Assembly (NCBI GenBank): GCA_963850345.1
Contig: CAWKKW010000007.1
Location: 689 to 64,688, forward strand
Length of the DNA stretch: 64,000 nucleotides
Source of the DNA: an uncultured Acidobacteriaceae bacterium
Lineage (GTDB): Bacteria > Acidobacteriota > Terriglobia > Terriglobales > Acidobacteriaceae
Direction: 5' to 3'
The notes beneath the pieces are model-generated. The model was not told the DNA's origin. It saw only the letters and a list, made by a program, of their open reading frames with translations, and ran no database searches. Below, one piece after another: positions 28,734 to 37,420 of this stretch (position 1 is its first letter; each line of letters begins with the position of its first letter). The position numbers were made by a program, and so were the translations under genes.

Positions 28734-30428
28734 TCAGCGGCTCGACTTCAACATCTGCTCGGCGTGTTTCATCGAGGTCTCCGTCAGCTTCGCGCCGCTC
28801 AACATGCGGGCCACCTCTTCCGTACGCGCTTCCTTCTCCAGCAGGTGCACTGAAGTGCGAGTGCGCCCCTGCTGCTCCCGCTTCTCGATCAGAAAATGCT
28901 GATCGGCAAACGCAGCGATCTGCGGCAGGTGGGTCACACACAAGACTTGCTGCGCCTTCGAGAGCGCCTTCAACTTCTGCCCCACCGCCTCTGCCGCCCG
29001 CCCTCCAATGCCGATGTCAATTTCATCGAACACCAGCGTACGAGGCACCATCGATTTGCGCCGTCCCTTCGACTGGGCGTGGCTCGCACCCTCTTCCACG
29101 CTCACCTTCAACGCCAGCAGCACACGCGACATCTCGCCGCCCGACGCGATCTCATCCAGCGGCTTGAGCGGCTCTCCCGCGTTAGTTGCGATGCGGCATT
29201 CGATCACGTCCCAACCCTGCGTCGTCCAGTCCGAGGGCTCTTCTCGCGGAGTCACCGTCACCGCGAACTTCACCTTCATCGCCAGGTCGTTGATCTGCGC
29301 CTCGGCAAGCTTCTCCAGCTTTCTTGCCGCGCTCGAACGCTGCTCGCTGACCGCCCGCGCAGCCTGCCGATACCCCTCGGCCGCCTGTGCCACCTCCAGT
29401 CGCAGCGTTTTCAGCACCTCGTCCCGGTTCTCAATCTCGTTCAGCCGCTCCGCCACTTCTTCGCCGTAGGCGATCACCTCAGCCAGCGTTGAGCCGTACT
29501 TGCGCTTGAGCCGATCGAGCAGCGCCAGCCGGTCTTCGATCTCCGCCAGCCGCTCGGGCGAGGAGTGGATCCGTTCAGAGTAGTCACGCACCGTCGCGCT
29601 CACATCTTCGACCAGTGCGCGTGCCGACGCGAGCTGCTGCACACACTCTGAGAAGTGCGCATCGTAGCGCGCCAGTTCCTCCACGTGCTTGCCCGCGGAT
29701 CGCAGCGTCACCTCCGCGGATCCGCTGCTCTCGTACAGCAAGTCGTACGCGCTCATCGCCGCCGCGTACAGTTTCTCCGCGTTGCCAAGAACGCGCTTTT
29801 CGGTCTCGAGCGCCTCGTCTTCGTCGGCCACAGGCTGCGCATTCTCAATCTCCCGCCGCTGAAAGGTCCACAGGTCCGCCATGCGCAGCCGATCCTGTTC
29901 GTCACTTTCTAGAGAACGCAGCCGCTCCGAGACTTCCCTCCAACGCGTAAACGCGGCCTGTACGCCATCGGTCGCAATGCCGGCGAAGCGGTCGAGCAAT
30001 CCTCGCTGTTGCGCTGCGTCGAACGCCCCCAGCGTCTCGCTCTGCGCGTGCACCAGCGCGAGTTCGGGAGCCAGTTGCCGCAGGACGGCGACCGTGGCCG
30101 GCTGATTGTTCACGTACACGCGGCCCTTGCCGCTCTGCTGGATCTCGCGGCGCAGGATAATCTCCGCTCCGTCGCCATCGATGCCGTTCGCTTCCAGCGT
30201 GGCCTCAGCTCCCGCCGTGCTCTCAAAGACGCAGGCCACCACCGCCTTGTCTGCGCCGTGACGCACCACGTCAGAAGACGCCTTGTCTCCCATCAGCAGC
30301 GCCAGCGCATCGACCAGGATGGATTTTCCGGCGCCGGTCTCGCCAGTCAACAGGTTGAGCCCCGGACCAAAGACGGCGATCGCATGATCGATCACCGCAT
30401 AATTCTCAGCTCGCAACTCCAGCAGCAT
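28734..30428 (-). CDS. recN: DNA repair protein RecN
   Basis: N-terminal LELRAENYAVID...GETGAGKS Walker A, long coiled coil, C-terminal ABC signature region. Start at MLLELR (30428). Confidence 0.93.
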   Translation of the reverse strand: MLLELRAENYAVIDHAIAVFGPGLNLLTGETGAGKSILVDALALLMGDKASSDVVRHGADKAVVACVFESTAGAEATLEANGIDGDGAEIILRREIQQSGKGRVYVNNQPATVAVLRQLAPELALVHAQSETLGAFDAAQQRGLLDRFAGIATDGVQAAFTRWREVSERLRSLESDEQDRLRMADLWTFQRREIENAQPVADEDEALETEKRVLGNAEKLYAAAMSAYDLLYESSGSAEVTLRSAGKHVEELARYDAHFSECVQQLASARALVEDVSATVRDYSERIHSSPERLAEIEDRLALLDRLKRKYGSTLAEVIAYGEEVAERLNEIENRDEVLKTLRLEVAQAAEGYRQAARAVSEQRSSAARKLEKLAEAQINDLAMKVKFAVTVTPREEPSDWTTQGWDVIECRIATNAGEPLKPLDEIASGGEMSRVLLALKVSVEEGASHAQSKGRRKSMVPRTLVFDEIDIGIGGRAAEAVGQKLKALSKAQQVLCVTHLPQIAAFADQHFLIEKREQQGRTRTSVHLLEKEARTEEVARMLSGAKLTETSMKHAEQMLKSSR

Positions 30429-30545
30429 CCATGCCTCAAAACATGATCCGAGCGCAGCATAGCATGCTAGACCGCTCATCCTCCGCGAACCCTACTGCCA
30501 ACTTGGTTCACTCCATCCGCGTCTGGTAACGTAATTAATGAAGCG

Positions 30546-31325
30546 ATGACATATCTTTTGCATGCAGCAGCTTTTCTCATGCTTCAAGGCGACACGGACA
30601 CCACCGCGGCGCCTCCCCCGAGCGGCAGCGCTTTGCTCGAAATGCTTCATAACAGTGGCCCCGTCGCGCTGACCGTTCTCGGTCTGCTGGCGCTGGCCAG
30701 CCTTTACTCCTGGGCCATCATTCTCGCCAAGTGGTCCGCCTTTCGTCGCGCCCGCGCCCAGAGCAGCCGCTTCCTTCGCGCCTTTCGCAAGGCTGGTCGT
30801 CTGCAGGAAATCGCCACCGTCAGCGAACAGTTCAAACCGAGTCCCCTGGTCAACGTCTTCGATGAAGTCTACGAGACCTATCGCAGGCAGACCGGCGGCT
30901 CAGGTCCGGCACGCAACATCACCGCGCTCGAACGCTCCGCACAGAGCGCGGCCAGCGAATCCCTCACCGCGATGGAAGACCGTCTAACGTGGCTCGCCAC
31001 CATCGGCGCCGTCTCGCCCTTCCTAGGTCTCTTCGGCACCATCATGGGTATCGTCGACGCCTTTCATGGCCTGGGAACGGCCGGAGCCGCCACCCTGCGC
31101 GCCGTCGCTCCGGGCGTCTCTGAAGCACTGATCACCACCGCCGCCGGCCTCGTCGTCGCCGTCCCCGCAGTGATTGCGTACAACCAGTTCACCGCGCGGT
31201 TGCGCGAATTTGCCTCCCGCATGGACGACTTCGCCCGCGAACTGCTCAACAGCCTGGAAGAGTCAGAACTGCAACCCGGACAGGACCCGATCGAAAGAGA
31301 GACCGCACGTGGCCTTCACCGGTAG
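30546..31325 (+). CDS. tolQ: Tol-Pal system proton channel protein TolQ (MotA/ExbB family)
   Basis: Three TM segments; conserved C-terminal APGVSEALITTAAGLVVAVPAVIAYN. Confidence 0.85.
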   Translation: MTYLLHAAAFLMLQGDTDTTAAPPPSGSALLEMLHNSGPVALTVLGLLALASLYSWAIILAKWSAFRRARAQSSRFLRAFRKAGRLQEIATVSEQFKPSPLVNVFDEVYETYRRQTGGSGPARNITALERSAQSAASESLTAMEDRLTWLATIGAVSPFLGLFGTIMGIVDAFHGLGTAGAATLRAVAPGVSEALITTAAGLVVAVPAVIAYNQFTARLREFASRMDDFARELLNSLEESELQPGQDPIERETARGLHR

Positions 31326-31734
31326 AGGCGGCCACACAAAGACTTCGCTCGCGGAGATCAACATCACTCCGCTGGTCGACGTCGTCCTCGTGCTGCTGGT
31401 CATCTTCATGCTCACCGCTCCGGTGCTGCAATCGGGCATCGAAGTCGCCGTTCCTAAGACCAGGACCGTCAAGGAAATTACCGAGCAGCGCTTGGTCGTC
31501 ACCATCGATCGGGAACAGCGCGTCTTTCTTGGCGATCAGCCCATCAATGTTGCGGAGTTGCCGACGCGCCTGCTCCAGGGCACCAGCGATCCCACCCACA
31601 AAGTCATCTATCTCCGCGCCGACGAGAAAGTCCCCTTCGGCGCTTTCGCTTCGGTGATGGACGCCGTCAAACAAGCGGGGATCACCAACATCAGCATCGT
31701 CACTCAGCCTCTCGACAAGGGTCGCGCGAAGTAG
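31309..31734 (+). CDS. tolR: TolR (ExbD family)
   Basis: EINITPLVDVVLVLLVIFM TM motif. No in-frame ATG nearby, so GTG 31309 (overlapping the tolQ end) is inferred. Confidence 0.8.
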   Translation: MAFTGRGGHTKTSLAEINITPLVDVVLVLLVIFMLTAPVLQSGIEVAVPKTRTVKEITEQRLVVTIDREQRVFLGDQPINVAELPTRLLQGTSDPTHKVIYLRADEKVPFGAFASVMDAVKQAGITNISIVTQPLDKGRAK

Positions 31735-31747
31735 CGGAGGGCAAGTC

Positions 31748-32596
31748 ATGGCGATCCGCGAACATGTTGAGGTCGAACGGCAGTCCTTCGGTGCGCCCGC
31801 CGTCGGCTCGCTCGCGCTGCATCTCGGCATCGCCGGAGCCTTCCTCGCGCTGGCCTACATCAACGGCCACCTCCACCGTGATATGTGGGGCTCGAACGAA
31901 AAGCAGGGAGCCATCCAGGCCAGCCTGGTCAGCAATGCGCCCGCTCTGCCGCTGCCGCAGGAGATGCCGCCGAGTCCCAACGTTCTCGCCACTGACACTC
32001 CCAGCCCTGCGCCTGCTCCGGAAGCCCCGCAGCCCAAAGCCGCGCCCATCCCGGATGAGACTGCGATCCCCATTCCGGTGAAGGAGAAGCCGAAGCCCAA
32101 GGAGCCGCCCAAGAAGCAGCCGCCCGCGGAAAAGCCCACACCCAAGCCACCGACGCCCACTGCGCGACCTGCGCTGCACCCCCAGCCTGTGCCGCAGCAG
32201 CAGAATCGCGCGCAGTACGGACAGGGCGCGCCGCAGATGGCGCGATCCATTGCGACCAATCAAGGCCCGCAAAGCCCCGTCGAGATCAAGGGTGGAGCGA
32301 CCGGGTTTCAATATGGCTGGTATGTCGAGGTCATCACCCGCAAGGTTCGCCAGAATTGGTACCCCTCGCAGGCCCCCATCGGTACCGAGGTCTCGGTCAA
32401 CTTCACCGTCAATCGCAGCGGTCAGCCCTCCAATGTGCGCGTCGAAAAATCCAGCGGCAATCCGAGTTACGATTCCTCCGCCGTTCGCGCTGTCCAGCGT
32501 GTTGACACCTTCGGTCCCCTTCCAGCGGGCTACAACCAAAGCACGCTCATCGTAACGTACACTTTCAGTACCTCGAACAATGGGTCTGGCAGATGA
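31748..32596 (+). CDS. TonB-family C-terminal-domain protein in the TolA position
   Basis: N-terminal TM anchor and Pro/Lys-rich spacer (PKPKEPPKKQPP...). C-terminal TonB-like domain (WY..V...V...W). Confidence 0.75.
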   Translation: MAIREHVEVERQSFGAPAVGSLALHLGIAGAFLALAYINGHLHRDMWGSNEKQGAIQASLVSNAPALPLPQEMPPSPNVLATDTPSPAPAPEAPQPKAAPIPDETAIPIPVKEKPKPKEPPKKQPPAEKPTPKPPTPTARPALHPQPVPQQQNRAQYGQGAPQMARSIATNQGPQSPVEIKGGATGFQYGWYVEVITRKVRQNWYPSQAPIGTEVSVNFTVNRSGQPSNVRVEKSSGNPSYDSSAVRAVQRVDTFGPLPAGYNQSTLIVTYTFSTSNNGSGR

Positions 32597-33993
32597 CGTT
32601 GAGCCATTCGATTACTTCTACCCAGTGGGCGCCGACACGAATGAAAGCTAGTCCGATTCGATTGCAATCCTTCCTCCTCTATTCCGTCTTCCTCCTCTCT
32701 CTCATTGGTACAGTCAACCTGCAGGCACAGGACTGGGTGCACACCGGCACGAATCTCGGCAACCAGCGCATCCGCCTGGCCGTCGCCGATTTTAAGGCCG
32801 TCTCGACCGATTCCTCGGCCGTGAACTTGAAATCGGTGTTCGACACCACCCTGTTCAACGACCTCACCAACGCCGGCATCTTCGACATGGTTTCGAAGAG
32901 CATGGCGCCCCCCGCCACTCCTGGCTCGCCGCAGGAGATCAATCTCGGTCAGTGGTCTGCCGCACCCTCCAGCGCCGCCATGGTGGCCTTCGGCGCACTC
33001 GGCGTCAGCGGAGATCGTCTGAATGTCTCCGGCTGGCTCTTCGATGCCAACAACACGCAGTCTCCCCAGGTGCTCGGCAAGCAGTACAACGAAGCCTCGA
33101 GCCAGGAGAACGCACGCATGATCGCCCACCGGTTCGCGGACGAGATCATCCTGCGACTCGGAGGCGGCATCAATGGCATCGCCGAAACCAAGATCTTCTA
33201 CGTCTCGGGCAGAACCGGCCTGAAAGAGATCTGGCAGATGGACTACGACGGCCAGGGCGCTCACGCCATCACTCACCTCGGCACCGTATCTATTTCTCCT
33301 CGTGTTTCTCCGGACAATGCGCGCATCGCCTTCAGCTCCCTGGGCAAGCTCGGCTGGAGTCTGCGCATGTATTCGCTGGAACTCGGCCGCATGGTCAACG
33401 TCAGCTCCAGCGGCAGCGCCAACCTCTCGCCCGCATGGTCAAGCGATGGGGCCAAGCTGGCCTTCTCCTCCAACCGCTCCGGCGACCCCGAGATCTGGGC
33501 GTCCGATGCGACCGGCGGTGGCGCACGCCGGCTGACTTCGTTCCGGGGACCGGATGTCTCGCCGGTGTGGAACCCCAAGACCAATTCTCAGATCGCGTGG
33601 GTGAGCGACCGCACCGGCCTGCCCCAGATCTACGTCATGGATTCCGATGGCGGCAACGTGCAGCGCATGACCGACGGCGGCTATGCTACTTCGCCATCAT
33701 GGTCGCCCAATGGCCAGTTCCTCGCCTTCGCCTGGAATCGCAAGTACGGTCCCGGCGCTCCCGGCGGCCAGGACATCTACGTCATGGACATTGCCAGCAA
33801 ACGCTGGATTCAGCTCACCCACGAGGCGGGCCGCAATGATTTCCCCTCCTGGGCTCCGGATGGCCGGCATCTTGTCTTTCAACGGGAAGATGGGGGCGGT
33901 TCCCAAATCTGGACCATGCTCGCAGATGGGACAGAACAACACGCCCTTACGCATGGTGGCGGTAATTCCATGCCGAATTGGAGCTGGAAGTAA
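32593..33993 (+). CDS. tolB: Tol-Pal system beta-propeller protein TolB
   Basis: Repeated SP.WS.DG..LAF.S.R.G..EI blades. ATGA overlap with the previous gene. The signal peptide may begin at the internal ATG 32641. Confidence 0.9.
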   Translation: MTLSHSITSTQWAPTRMKASPIRLQSFLLYSVFLLSLIGTVNLQAQDWVHTGTNLGNQRIRLAVADFKAVSTDSSAVNLKSVFDTTLFNDLTNAGIFDMVSKSMAPPATPGSPQEINLGQWSAAPSSAAMVAFGALGVSGDRLNVSGWLFDANNTQSPQVLGKQYNEASSQENARMIAHRFADEIILRLGGGINGIAETKIFYVSGRTGLKEIWQMDYDGQGAHAITHLGTVSISPRVSPDNARIAFSSLGKLGWSLRMYSLELGRMVNVSSSGSANLSPAWSSDGAKLAFSSNRSGDPEIWASDATGGGARRLTSFRGPDVSPVWNPKTNSQIAWVSDRTGLPQIYVMDSDGGNVQRMTDGGYATSPSWSPNGQFLAFAWNRKYGPGAPGGQDIYVMDIASKRWIQLTHEAGRNDFPSWAPDGRHLVFQREDGGGSQIWTMLADGTEQHALTHGGGNSMPNWSWK

Positions 33994-34093
33994 TTTATTC
34001 TGAATGCATTGACGTTTTCGGCCTGCAGTGAAGGCTATGCCAGGCTCAGTTGTTGCCCTAGATCATCACGTTTCAGGGGAGAAGATCGTGCTC

Positions 34094-34834
34094 ATGAACC
34101 ATCGCAAGTACTCGGCAGCAGTCATGGCTGTTGCGGCAATACTGGTTGTAGGAGGGTGTCACAAGAAGGCTGCCCCGCCGCCGCCTCCACCACCCCCCTC
34201 CACGGCCCCGGCCCCGACTGCCTCCATCACTGCAGCGCCTACATCCATTAATCCGGGCGACAAGGCCGTGCTTACCTGGCAGACAACTGGAGCCTCCGAC
34301 GTTTCCATCGAGGGTATGGGCCCGGTCAGCCCCAATGGCACGCAGATCGTGACTCCAACGCAGTCCACCACCTATCACCTGGTGGTCCGGGGCGATGGCG
34401 GTTCGACGGACGCTTCGGCCCGCGTTACGGTGACCCAGTCGGCCACTCCTCCTCCTGAGGCGAACAATGGCGACAACAACATCGACGACGCCACCTTCCA
34501 CCAGAATGTGCAGGACATCTACTTCGACTATGACAGCTACGACCTCAATCCGCAGGCGCAGCCTATCGCGACCAAGGATGCCGGCTACCTGGCGGCTCAC
34601 CCGCAATTGCGCGTCGTGATCGGCGGCTACTGCGACGAACGCGGCTCCACCGAGTTCAACCTGGCTCTCGGCGAAAATCGCGCCAACGCGGCCAAGCAGG
34701 CTCTTATCAGCGCCGGCGTGAGCCCGGACCGCATTCGCACCGTCAGTTATGGCAAGGAGAAGCAGTTCTGCAATGAGCACAGTGAAAGTTGTTGGCAGCA
34801 GAATCGTCGCGCTCAGTTCTCACTGGATCGCTAA
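34094..34834 (+). CDS. pal: Peptidoglycan-associated lipoprotein Pal (OmpA-like), with an extra N-terminal domain
   Basis: Lipobox VVGGC (Cys codon 34157). OmpA-like region DIYFDYDSYDL...GYCDERGSTEFNLALGENRANAA. Confidence 0.88.
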   Translation: MNHRKYSAAVMAVAAILVVGGCHKKAAPPPPPPPPSTAPAPTASITAAPTSINPGDKAVLTWQTTGASDVSIEGMGPVSPNGTQIVTPTQSTTYHLVVRGDGGSTDASARVTVTQSATPPPEANNGDNNIDDATFHQNVQDIYFDYDSYDLNPQAQPIATKDAGYLAAHPQLRVVIGGYCDERGSTEFNLALGENRANAAKQALISAGVSPDRIRTVSYGKEKQFCNEHSESCWQQNRRAQFSLDR

Positions 34835-34990
34835 TCCGGCGCGGGCTCGTCTATCCCATGTAGGCAGCAACTCGAAGCCGATGTGGTGAGCAACTCGAGG
34901 CAGGCAACGCTCCAAACTACCGCGGCAGTCGTCCTTTGGCAGGCTGCCGCGCTTCACTCGCAGTACAGGGTTCGCAACGTGAAATTGCTT

Positions 34991-35911
34991 ATGAAGAAAA
35001 TTCCCATCGCCCTCGTCGCCGTCCTGGCGCTGACTTGCTCGGCTCCGCGCGCGCATGCGGTATCGAAGGAGATCATTCAGCTCCAGACCCAGGTGCAGGA
35101 GCTACAGGACATGTTGCAGCATCTGCAGCAATCCAATGATGAACGCATGGGAGTGCTGCAACACCTGATTGAGCAGACCGCGGACAACGTCAACCGCATG
35201 TCCTCCACCGTCTCCTCTCTCGACCAGAGTCTCAAAACACAGAACGAAGCCTCCACGGGCAAGATCGACGGCGTTTCCAGCCAGGTGCAGTCGCTCAACG
35301 ATTCCGTCGACGAACTCAAGACCCGGGTTGCGAATCTGAACAAGACGCTGCAGGATCTCCAAGCCCAGTTGCAAACCGTGCAGCCGCAGGGTGCTCCCGG
35401 TGGAACGGTTCCCCAGCAGTCCGGCGCGCCGGCCGGTGCAAACTACCAGCAACCCGGTCCCGCAGCCTCTAACGCTCCGCAGGCCCCGCCCGTGGCCGAT
35501 CTCTATCAAAGTGCGCTGCGCGATTACAATTCCGCGCGCTACGATGTCGCCAGCTCTGAGTTTTCAGACGTGCTCAAGTTCTACCCGCAGGACGACCTCG
35601 CCGGGAATGCGCAGTTCTACATCGGTGAGATTGCCTACCGCCAGGGCAACTACCCCGCCGCAATCAAAGGCTATGACGCCGTACTTGAACAGTACCCCGG
35701 CAATAACAAGGCGCCCGCCGCGCAGCTTCGCAAAGGCGAGGCTCTCATCGCCACCGGGCAGCGCGACTCCGGTGTGCGCGAGTTCCGCAGCCTGATCCAG
35801 CGCTATCCGCAGACCCCGGAATCGCAGCAGGCGCGCAGCCGTTTGAATGCGCTGGGCGTGCGCATCAACCCAAGCACCGCCTCGAAGCCAACCGCCTACC
35901 GCCGCCAGTAA
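34991..35911 (+). CDS. cpoB: Tol-Pal associated coiled-coil/TPR protein CpoB (YbgF)
   Basis: Signal peptide MKKIPIALVAVLALTCSAPRAHA, coiled coil, C-terminal TPR (YQSALRDYNSARYD...AQFYIGEIAYRQGNY). Confidence 0.8.
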   Translation: MKKIPIALVAVLALTCSAPRAHAVSKEIIQLQTQVQELQDMLQHLQQSNDERMGVLQHLIEQTADNVNRMSSTVSSLDQSLKTQNEASTGKIDGVSSQVQSLNDSVDELKTRVANLNKTLQDLQAQLQTVQPQGAPGGTVPQQSGAPAGANYQQPGPAASNAPQAPPVADLYQSALRDYNSARYDVASSEFSDVLKFYPQDDLAGNAQFYIGEIAYRQGNYPAAIKGYDAVLEQYPGNNKAPAAQLRKGEALIATGQRDSGVREFRSLIQRYPQTPESQQARSRLNALGVRINPSTASKPTAYRRQ

Positions 35912-35990
35912 CTGCGCCACACTGTTCGCGCGAGCCCCGGCGAGGCAGCCGAACTTCGCGGCACAACCCCTGCCACTCCGTCTCCATCCC

Positions 35991-36197
35991 ATGCGCATGG
36001 ACAATCACGCCCCTGAAACCAAAGACAGCGACGCCGGCAAAGGTGCCGTCGAAGACGATCAGCCCAGCACCACTCCGGGTCAGCCCCATCTGCAGGGCCA
36101 GATGGATCATCGCAGCTCGAACGCGGAAGTGAAGAACTCCGACACAGATTTCCCGGAGCCCGGCTCAAGCCCCGAACACAGCGGCCAGCACCGCTAA
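35991..36197 (+). CDS. Possible small hydrophilic protein (68 aa)
   Basis: ORF MRMDNHAPETKDSDAGKG... is acidic and looks disordered. A hairpin lies at 36309. No homology recognised, so this may not be a gene. Confidence 0.25.
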   Translation: MRMDNHAPETKDSDAGKGAVEDDQPSTTPGQPHLQGQMDHRSSNAEVKNSDTDFPEPGSSPEHSGQHR

Positions 36198-36308
36198 TCG
36201 GTCAGATCAGCGCCGCCGCGATGTAAACGCCCGTTACTGTTACGAATTGGCGGGCCCGCCTCGATACTGAGACACGCTCCAATGGCTCCACAGAACAGCG
36301 CCACCAAT

Positions 36309-36344
36309 AGTTAAGCCCCTGAGCATCCACTCAGGGGCTTAACT
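36309..36344. terminator. Perfect 14-bp stem hairpin between convergent transcription units
   Basis: Arms agttaagcccctga (36309-36322) and tcaggggcttaact (36331-36344) with an 8-nt loop. Lies 20 nt beyond the korB stop codon. No strong T-tract on either side. Confidence 0.5.
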
Positions 36345-36363
36345 GTTGCTCTGTTTCAGTAAC

Positions 36364-37416
36364 CTACTTCAGTCGAGTCATAATCTCGTCCAGGGCCTGC
36401 CTGCTGGGCCGTGTCCTCGTCTCCGGCAACGTGCCGAGTGGCTCGTCCACCAGGTTCAGCAGATCGGTGAAGGTCGGCTTCTGCGTGTCGATGTAAAAGA
36501 CGCCGGTGAGCACTTCCCCGCGCTCGTGAGCTTCCATCAACTGCTTCACCGCGCCGATCCGATCGTGAGGATTGTAGTCTTCGCGAACCTTGCTCAGCCG
36601 CAGATGCGAACCGTCGTGCATCTCCACATCGTACGTCGTGCCCGGATCGTACTCGACCGCGATCTCTTCGAAGAAGGGCACGAAGCCGACCTCCGAGATA
36701 TCCTCTTCGTGCTCCTGCATGTACTTGTAGCTCTTGGTCGAGCCTTCGTGATCGTTGAACGTAACGCAGGGCGAGATCACGTCGAGCATCACCGTTCCGC
36801 GATGCGCGATCGCCGCCTTGAGCATCGCCAGCAACTGTTTCTTGTCGCCCGAGAACGAGCGCCCCACAAAAGTCGCGCCCAGTTGAATCGCCAGCGAACA
36901 CGTATCGATCGCCGGCAGATCGTTCACCACGCCGGTCTTGAGCTTCGACCCGATATCCGCTGTCGCAGAGAACTGGCCCTTGGTCAACCCATACACGCCG
37001 TTATCTTCAATGATGTAAATCATAGGAAGATTGCGGCGCATGAGGTGAACAAACTGACCCATGCCGATCGATGCCGTGTCGCCGTCGCCGCTTACGCCGA
37101 GACCCAGCATGGTGTGGTTCGCGAGCAATGCGCCGGTGGCTACTGAAGGCATGCGGCCATGCACGCTGTTGAAGCTGTGCGAACGGCTCATGAAGTAGGC
37201 TGGGCTCTTGGAGGAGCAGCCGATGCCCGAGAGCTTCATCACCCGCTCTGGCTGCACACCCATCTCGTACATCGCATCGATGATGCGTTCGGAGATGGCG
37301 TTGTGACCGCATCCGGCACACAGGGTCGTCTTGCCGCCGCGGTAATCGAGTACCTGGAGTCCCACCCGGTTCGTCTTCGGTGGCTTCGGTGAATTTGTAA
37401 CAGTCGTCGTTGCCAT
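36364..37416 (-). CDS. korB: 2-oxoacid:ferredoxin oxidoreductase beta subunit
   Basis: Motifs LCAGCGH and the TPP-binding GVSGDGDTASIGMGQF. ATG 37416 lies 4 nt after the korA stop codon, with GGAGGGG upstream. Confidence 0.9.
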   Translation of the reverse strand: MATTTVTNSPKPPKTNRVGLQVLDYRGGKTTLCAGCGHNAISERIIDAMYEMGVQPERVMKLSGIGCSSKSPAYFMSRSHSFNSVHGRMPSVATGALLANHTMLGLGVSGDGDTASIGMGQFVHLMRRNLPMIYIIEDNGVYGLTKGQFSATADIGSKLKTGVVNDLPAIDTCSLAIQLGATFVGRSFSGDKKQLLAMLKAAIAHRGTVMLDVISPCVTFNDHEGSTKSYKYMQEHEEDISEVGFVPFFEEIAVEYDPGTTYDVEMHDGSHLRLSKVREDYNPHDRIGAVKQLMEAHERGEVLTGVFYIDTQKPTFTDLLNLVDEPLGTLPETRTRPSRQALDEIMTRLK

Positions 37417-37420
37417 GGAG

